Positions 6,619 to 10,917 of a DNA stretch of 10,917 bases are shown here, in pieces; within the stretch, counting starts at the first letter, position 1; each line of letters begins with the position of its first letter. The notes beneath the pieces were generated by a model. The model was given only the letters and a program-made list of their open reading frames with translations, had not been told where the DNA came from and made no database searches. Made by a program: the position numbers and the translations under genes. The stretch is from Vulcanisaeta sp. AZ3 (lineage in GTDB: Archaea > Thermoproteota > Thermoprotei > Thermoproteales > Thermocladiaceae), in contig JZWU02000040.1 of NCBI GenBank assembly GCA_000960865.2, forward strand, positions 1-10,917, written 5' to 3'.

Positions 6619-8394
6619 TTAACCCTGCCTAACAATTAATTCCAATCCTAACTCCTTAGCTAAATCATTCACAGTTAACCTTCTTTCTGAGGCATCTTGT
6701 ATTAACTTAACAACCTCATTAATCCCTACTCTAACCTGAGCCTTAGTATCTCTATCCCTAATGGTAACGGTATTCTCAATTGGCGTCTTCTCATCTACTG
6801 TTATGGCATAAGGCACACCAAGCGAGTCATACCTAGCATACCTACTACCTATTGAGCCATCATCATCATACACAGCCCTAATTCCTGCCATGGATATCTC
6901 ACGGAATAACTTCCTGCCTATAGTCACGTAGCTTTCTTTTTTAATTATCGGTAATATGGCGACCTTTATCGGCGCTATATCAGGTGGCAGTCTAAGTAAT
7001 GACTTTCCATTGGCCTCTACATATGCGTGCTCTAATGTTACGTAGACTATCCTATCAACACCAAAAGACGGCTCTATATCATGAGGCACAAACCTCTCAG
7101 TATACACCCTTCTCCTCTCCTCCTTAATAAAGACCATATCCTTGGTTATCGTGTATCCATCAACCACAACACTACCCCTACCTAATTCACTAATCAACCA
7201 CTTAGGATCAACATTACCAATAGCCTTCATAACCCTCGTCATCTCATTACCGAAGACCTCCCTAATCCTCTGCGGATTCGGATAAATCCTAACCTCAACA
7301 ACCTCCTTAGGAACACTCAACTTCCTCTCCACTGTTAAGTCATAACCACTGAACTTCATGTGCCTACCTAGGTCATAATCAGTCCTGTACGCATGCCCAC
7401 TCACTTCAACCCAACCGAACCTCTCACTATACACCATCTGATCGAAACTAGCGGCTGCGTAATGAGCTCTCTCCTGCGGCAATTTTGCGAGGAAGTACTG
7501 ATGATCAAGAGATATGCCAAGCTCATTCATATATATTGTGGCCAGGCCCATGAAAAAAGCCATCCACTCATTAGGGACAACACCCAATTCCACAGCCTCC
7601 CTAGGCCTAAACTCCTTAGGCTCCTTAACACCAGCCTCCACGTCCTTCTCAGGTATTATTCTTAGCTTAACATCGAGTTCATCAAGGTATGGACACCTTA
7701 CATTCTCGGGATCGAAGAAGAACTCAATCTCCATCTGCGTGAACTCCCTAAGCCTAATCAATCCCTGCCTAGGCGATATTTCGTTCCTACTAACCTTACC
7801 AATCTGAGCAACACCAAGGGGCAGCTTCCTACCCATTATGTTGAAGACTCTTGGGAAGGAGACAAACATGCCCTGAGCAGTTTCAGGTCTTAAATAACCA
7901 ACATTCTCACTATAGGGTCCTATTGTGGTTTGAAATAATAAGTTAAAAGGCCTAACGTTTCCCAATTCGCCACCACAAGCTGGGCACTTAATATCGTATT
8001 TCCTAATTAATTGATCAAGTTCCTCAAAACTAAGACCCTCAGTCTTAATAGAAATGCCCCTCTTCCCTAGTTCCTCCTCGATAAGGTGATCAGCCCTATA
8101 CTTACGACTACACTTCGTACATTCCACAATCGCATCTGTGAAATGCTCTAGGTGGCCGCTTGCCTCGAATACTATCCTGGGCATTATTACTGGAGTCTCA
8201 ACCTCAATAATGAAGTCTTGGTATGGGTATACGAAGATCCTACGCCACTTCTCAATAATATTCCTCTTCAACTCTACACCGAGTGGCCCATAATCATAGA
8301 ATCCACCAACCTCAGACTTACTTCTATAAATCTCGAAGCTCGGGTAGTAAAATCCTGCTTCGCTCATTAACTCCATAAACTTCTCGAAATTCAT
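6619..8394 (-). CDS. glyS: Glycine--tRNA ligase (alpha2, archaeal/eukaryal type)
   Basis: GFYDYGPLG, ASGH, LRPETAQG, RNEISPRQGLIRLREFTQMEIEFF, ERAHYA, GWVEV, IEPSFGVDR and anticodon-binding GSIGSRYARYD. Own TATA-like TTTATTTA at 8426-8419. Confidence 0.97.
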   Translation of the reverse strand: MNFEKFMELMSEAGFYYPSFEIYRSKSEVGGFYDYGPLGVELKRNIIEKWRRIFVYPYQDFIIEVETPVIMPRIVFEASGHLEHFTDAIVECTKCSRKYRADHLIEEELGKRGISIKTEGLSFEELDQLIRKYDIKCPACGGELGNVRPFNLLFQTTIGPYSENVGYLRPETAQGMFVSFPRVFNIMGRKLPLGVAQIGKVSRNEISPRQGLIRLREFTQMEIEFFFDPENVRCPYLDELDVKLRIIPEKDVEAGVKEPKEFRPREAVELGVVPNEWMAFFMGLATIYMNELGISLDHQYFLAKLPQERAHYAAASFDQMVYSERFGWVEVSGHAYRTDYDLGRHMKFSGYDLTVERKLSVPKEVVEVRIYPNPQRIREVFGNEMTRVMKAIGNVDPKWLISELGRGSVVVDGYTITKDMVFIKEERRRVYTERFVPHDIEPSFGVDRIVYVTLEHAYVEANGKSLLRLPPDIAPIKVAILPIIKKESYVTIGRKLFREISMAGIRAVYDDDGSIGSRYARYDSLGVPYAITVDEKTPIENTVTIRDRDTKAQVRVGINEVVKLIQDASERRLTVNDLAKELGLELIVRQG

Positions 8395-8427
8395 CTAAAA
8401 CCGCAAAGCCAGACACCCTAAATAAAT

Positions 8428-9330
8428 TTAGAGGTAATTAAGCACGTCAAGTATTAACCTAATTATCGTAGGCAAAGACATGAGACCTGGGTCATTTGGT
8501 GGCGAGTACTCAACAATATCTACAGCCTTAACTCTAGAACTACCATAATCAAGCACAGCCTCAACAATACGTAATAAATCATCATAGCTAAGACCAAAAC
8601 TCTCAGGATTACCGACACCAGGCATTATTGCAGGATCTAAAGAATCAGCATCAATACTCAAGTGCACCGGGCCTGAATAACTATCTAAGGCATTCCTAAT
8701 CCACAACCTAAGCTCATACTTACTCATCAACTTAATATCCCTAGTCCTCAGCAACATGGCATTTTCTAAGTTATTCACGAAATAAACCTCATCGGGATCA
8801 TAAACCCTAGCACCAAAAAATAAGGCCAACTGCGGATTTAGAGAACTAATTATATGCCTAACGAAGGTTGCGTGGGATAGAGGTTGGCCAGGAGGCCACT
8901 CAAGCCTCGAATCGAGATGTGCATCTACATGTATGTAAATGCCATAGGAACTCTGGGCAGACTTGATCCCCCTCGCAACGCCAAGACTTATTGTATGCTC
9001 ACCACCAATACTAACAACCCTACCCCACCTACCCAAAGCCTCACTAATAACCTCCTCAATCCTACCTAAATTCTTCTCAACAAACCCCTGAAGCAATGAT
9101 ACATCACCCAAATCACACGCCTTACTCAACACATCAATACCTAAATCAACACTTGGCGTAAACTCAAAATACTGGCTCCACTGTCTAACCACGTTAGGGG
9201 CGAATCTCGTGCCTGGCCTAAAGCTTACGGTGTCTTCCATAGGAATACCAATTATTGGAACGCCAGAACCACACTTAGGTATGCCAAAGAATGTGCCCTC
9301 ACCATTCACATAAAACTCAAGACTACTCAT
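8428..9330 (-). CDS. speB: Agmatinase / ureohydrolase-family enzyme (possibly N1-aminopropylagmatine ureohydrolase)
   Basis: GIPMEDTVSFRPGTRFAP, GGEHTIS, DAHLD, SHAT, SIDADSLDP and VEYSP metal-site motifs. Start moved to ATG 9330, which has a GGGAGGTG SD upstream and overlaps the previous gene's TAG (ATGAGTAG). Confidence 0.9.
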   Translation of the reverse strand: MSSLEFYVNGEGTFFGIPKCGSGVPIIGIPMEDTVSFRPGTRFAPNVVRQWSQYFEFTPSVDLGIDVLSKACDLGDVSLLQGFVEKNLGRIEEVISEALGRWGRVVSIGGEHTISLGVARGIKSAQSSYGIYIHVDAHLDSRLEWPPGQPLSHATFVRHIISSLNPQLALFFGARVYDPDEVYFVNNLENAMLLRTRDIKLMSKYELRLWIRNALDSYSGPVHLSIDADSLDPAIMPGVGNPESFGLSYDDLLRIVEAVLDYGSSRVKAVDIVEYSPPNDPGLMSLPTIIRLILDVLNYL

Positions 9331-9703
9331 GCCCAAGCACCTCCCTAATCCTCTCAATTACTGCCAGAAGACTCGAATAAATAATCTCACCAGGATTCAC
9401 AGATTCCCGTATCGAATTGCCATTAATAGAACAACCAGGCCTAACAACATACATACTAACCCCAGCTCTCTTCAATATTAAATATGATGGAAAACACAGC
9501 GAACCATGCGGCGCCAAGACGGCCCTAGCACCAAGCTCAACACACCTCCTCGCAACCACTGGCCTCTTATTTGCAGATTTTAAGGCTGGGTTTAATTCCT
9601 CATAAATCACAGAACCATCTCTAACCAAAACCAGGTACCTAGCTTTAGAGAAAACTTCAAACCTACCATAATTATCCACAGTGGTGCAAATAACACCATC
9701 CAT
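9323..9703 (-). CDS. NifB/NifX (FeMo-cofactor-binding fold)-like small protein
   Basis: Pattern FSKARYLVLV...ELNPA...VARRCVELGARAVL...SYLILKRAGVSMY resembles the family. 126 aa from ATG 9703, with TATA TTTATAAG at 9733-9726. Confidence 0.65.
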   Translation of the reverse strand: MDGVICTTVDNYGRFEVFSKARYLVLVRDGSVIYEELNPALKSANKRPVVARRCVELGARAVLAPHGSLCFPSYLILKRAGVSMYVVRPGCSINGNSIRESVNPGEIIYSSLLAVIERIREVLGHE

Positions 9704-9792
9704 CAATTCGGACGAATAAAATCACCTTATAAACATTTACGGTAAAACCTACAACTTACTATATAATCCATGTATTATTTTACAAAAATCTA

Positions 9793-9800
9793 TTTAAATA
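9793..9800 (+). promoter_or_regulatory. Putative TATA box not adjacent to any start codon (upstream of the fold-back element)
   Basis: TTTAAATA preceded by A-rich CAAAAATC; predicted transcription start near 9824. Confidence 0.4.
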
Positions 9801-9835
9801 AAATAGTTAAGATAAAAACAAGACGAAAACCCAAA

Positions 9836-9922
9836 CCTGCACTGCATTCACACCATTGACTAGGGCTTGACGGCCCTACAAAGGCCGCCGAGCACTTAAT
9901 CAGTGATGTGGATGCATGCAGG
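9836..9922. repeat. 87-nt imperfect inverted repeat / long hairpin (candidate ncRNA or structured leader)
   Basis: Hand pairing of 9836-9877 with 9881-9922 gives 33 Watson-Crick pairs, 4 G.T, 4 A.C and two single-base bulges. About 55% GC (48/87) within AT-rich flanks. Confidence 0.85.
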
Positions 9923-9947
9923 GGGCAAAATTATGAGGTAAAAATAA

Positions 9948-9955
9948 TTATAAAG
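9948..9955 (+). promoter_or_regulatory. Putative TATA box of the oxidoreductase operon
   Basis: TTATAAAG preceded by purine-rich GTAAAAATAA, about 30 nt before ATG 9985. Confidence 0.55.
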
Positions 9956-9984
9956 CCCTCATTCTAAGCATTTTACGACTAAAT

Positions 9985-10542
9985 ATGGAGACTTCGAGGG
10001 TTGATATAACGTTTTATGGTAGGGGAGGCCAAGGTGCTGTTACCGCCGCTCAGATAATTGCTCAGGCCGCTATTAGGCGAGGTTTATTTGCAAGCTCCTT
10101 TCCTGAGTATGGCGCTGAGCGTAGAGGCGCCCCCGTGAGAGCTTATGTCAGATTAGCCAGGGTTCCTGTAGATGCTAGAGAACCGATTGATAAGCCAGAT
10201 ATTTCTGTGGTTTTTGATACTAGGTTATTAAGTACCTTTAACATACCTGCGATAACTAAGAGTTATATTGTGGTTAATGCTTCGAATAAGGATGAGGTTA
10301 AACAATTATTGAGCGGTTTTAGTGGTAAGGTTATTTATGTGAATGCTTACGATATATCAGTAAAACACCTTGGTAAACCCATAGTAAACACAACGATGCT
10401 AGGTGCATTACTTAGGGTCCTTGATTTGGTAGATCTCGATACTGTGAGGGAGTTAGTAATCGAGACTTTTGGTAAGAGACTTGGTCAGCCAAATGCAGAT
10501 GCCTTAAGCGATGCTTATAAATCAGCTGAGGTGATTGCCTAA
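9985..10542 (+). CDS. porG: Pyruvate/2-oxoacid:ferredoxin oxidoreductase gamma subunit
   Basis: GRGGQGAVTA, FPEYGAERRGAPV and NTTMLGA motifs. Confidence 0.93.
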   Translation: METSRVDITFYGRGGQGAVTAAQIIAQAAIRRGLFASSFPEYGAERRGAPVRAYVRLARVPVDAREPIDKPDISVVFDTRLLSTFNIPAITKSYIVVNASNKDEVKQLLSGFSGKVIYVNAYDISVKHLGKPIVNTTMLGALLRVLDLVDLDTVRELVIETFGKRLGQPNADALSDAYKSAEVIA

Positions 10543-10862
10543 TGATGAGAGAATTAACCTGGAAAGACGTACCAATAGGTGGTATAATAATTGAACCTGG
10601 GAATTCCCGTCAGAACGTAACAGGTACCTGGAGAGTTGAACGGCCCGTCATAGACCAAGATGCTTGCATTAGGTGTAGGATATGCTGGATGTACTGCCCT
10701 GAACCAGCAATACTAGAGTTGAGAAAACCATACACAACAAAGGGCGGCAAGAATTATGATATAACCTATGAAATAGATTATGAACATTGCAAGGGTTGCG
10801 GAATATGTGCCCATGAATGCCCAGTAAAGGCTATAAAAATGGTCCCAGAGGTGAGTGAATGA
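10542..10862 (+). CDS. porD: Pyruvate/2-oxoacid:ferredoxin oxidoreductase delta subunit (2x[4Fe-4S])
   Basis: TGTWRVERPV, CIRCRICWMYCP and CKGCGICAHECP. SD GAGGTGA at 10528-10534 and TAATG overlap with the gamma subunit gene. Confidence 0.93.
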   Translation: MMRELTWKDVPIGGIIIEPGNSRQNVTGTWRVERPVIDQDACIRCRICWMYCPEPAILELRKPYTTKGGKNYDITYEIDYEHCKGCGICAHECPVKAIKMVPEVSE

Positions 10863-10917
10863 TGGCCGTCGCCAGTGCATTAAGTGTGAGGGAGGAGATT
10901 GTCAAGGAACGCCTAGG
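10862..10917 (+). CDS. porA: Probable oxidoreductase alpha subunit, 5' fragment only
   Basis: ATG 10862 overlaps the porD TGA, has SD GAGGTGA at 10848-10854 and reads MAVASALSVREEIVKERL... Identity is inferred only from the usual gamma-delta-alpha-beta order. Confidence 0.6.
   Translation, partial: MAVASALSVREEIVKERL

Noticed and set aside
9331-9357. Extended agmatinase N-terminus from the ORF track (start 9357)
   Set aside because: The SD position and stop/start overlap favour ATG 9330.
7393-9605. + strand ORFs within glyS, speB and the NifX-like gene
   Set aside because: Antisense to strongly supported genes.
9856-9909. C/D-box guide sRNA reading of GTGATG and TTGA/CTGA motifs
   Set aside because: The boxes are degenerate, not in C...D order on one strand, and buried in the long stem.
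1-10917. CRISPR array, tRNA/rRNA, transposase, integrase or defence genes
   Set aside because: No regularly spaced repeats, cloverleaf or rRNA-like sequence, or mobile-element motifs were seen by eye.

Overview
Gene-dense archaeal window. AGG/ATA-rich codon use, leaderless genes behind TATA boxes and GAGGTGA Shine-Dalgarno sites inside operons suggest a Thermoproteaceae crenarchaeon such as Vulcanisaeta (inference). Left to right: a partial WtpA/ModA-like oxyanion-binding protein missed by the ORF track (minus strand); Taw3/Tyw3 tRNA methyltransferase; a NitT/TauT-type ABC ATPase whose N-terminus, including Walker A, lies upstream of any ATG/GTG/TTG; a duplicated-domain ABC permease with no adjacent binding protein; a Cys-less TenA-family protein; a DUF2175-like zinc-finger gene broken by an in-frame TAA; an RHH-like hypothetical protein; rpl14; glyS; an agmatinase-family enzyme coupled to a NifB/NifX-like protein; an 87-nt fold-back element; and the start of a pyruvate/2-oxoacid:ferredoxin oxidoreductase gamma-delta-alpha operon. 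The best novelty candidates are the intergenic fold-back element, which has a competing alternative hairpin, and the ATPase-permease-TenA module. All family assignments come from motif recognition by eye; no database searches were run.
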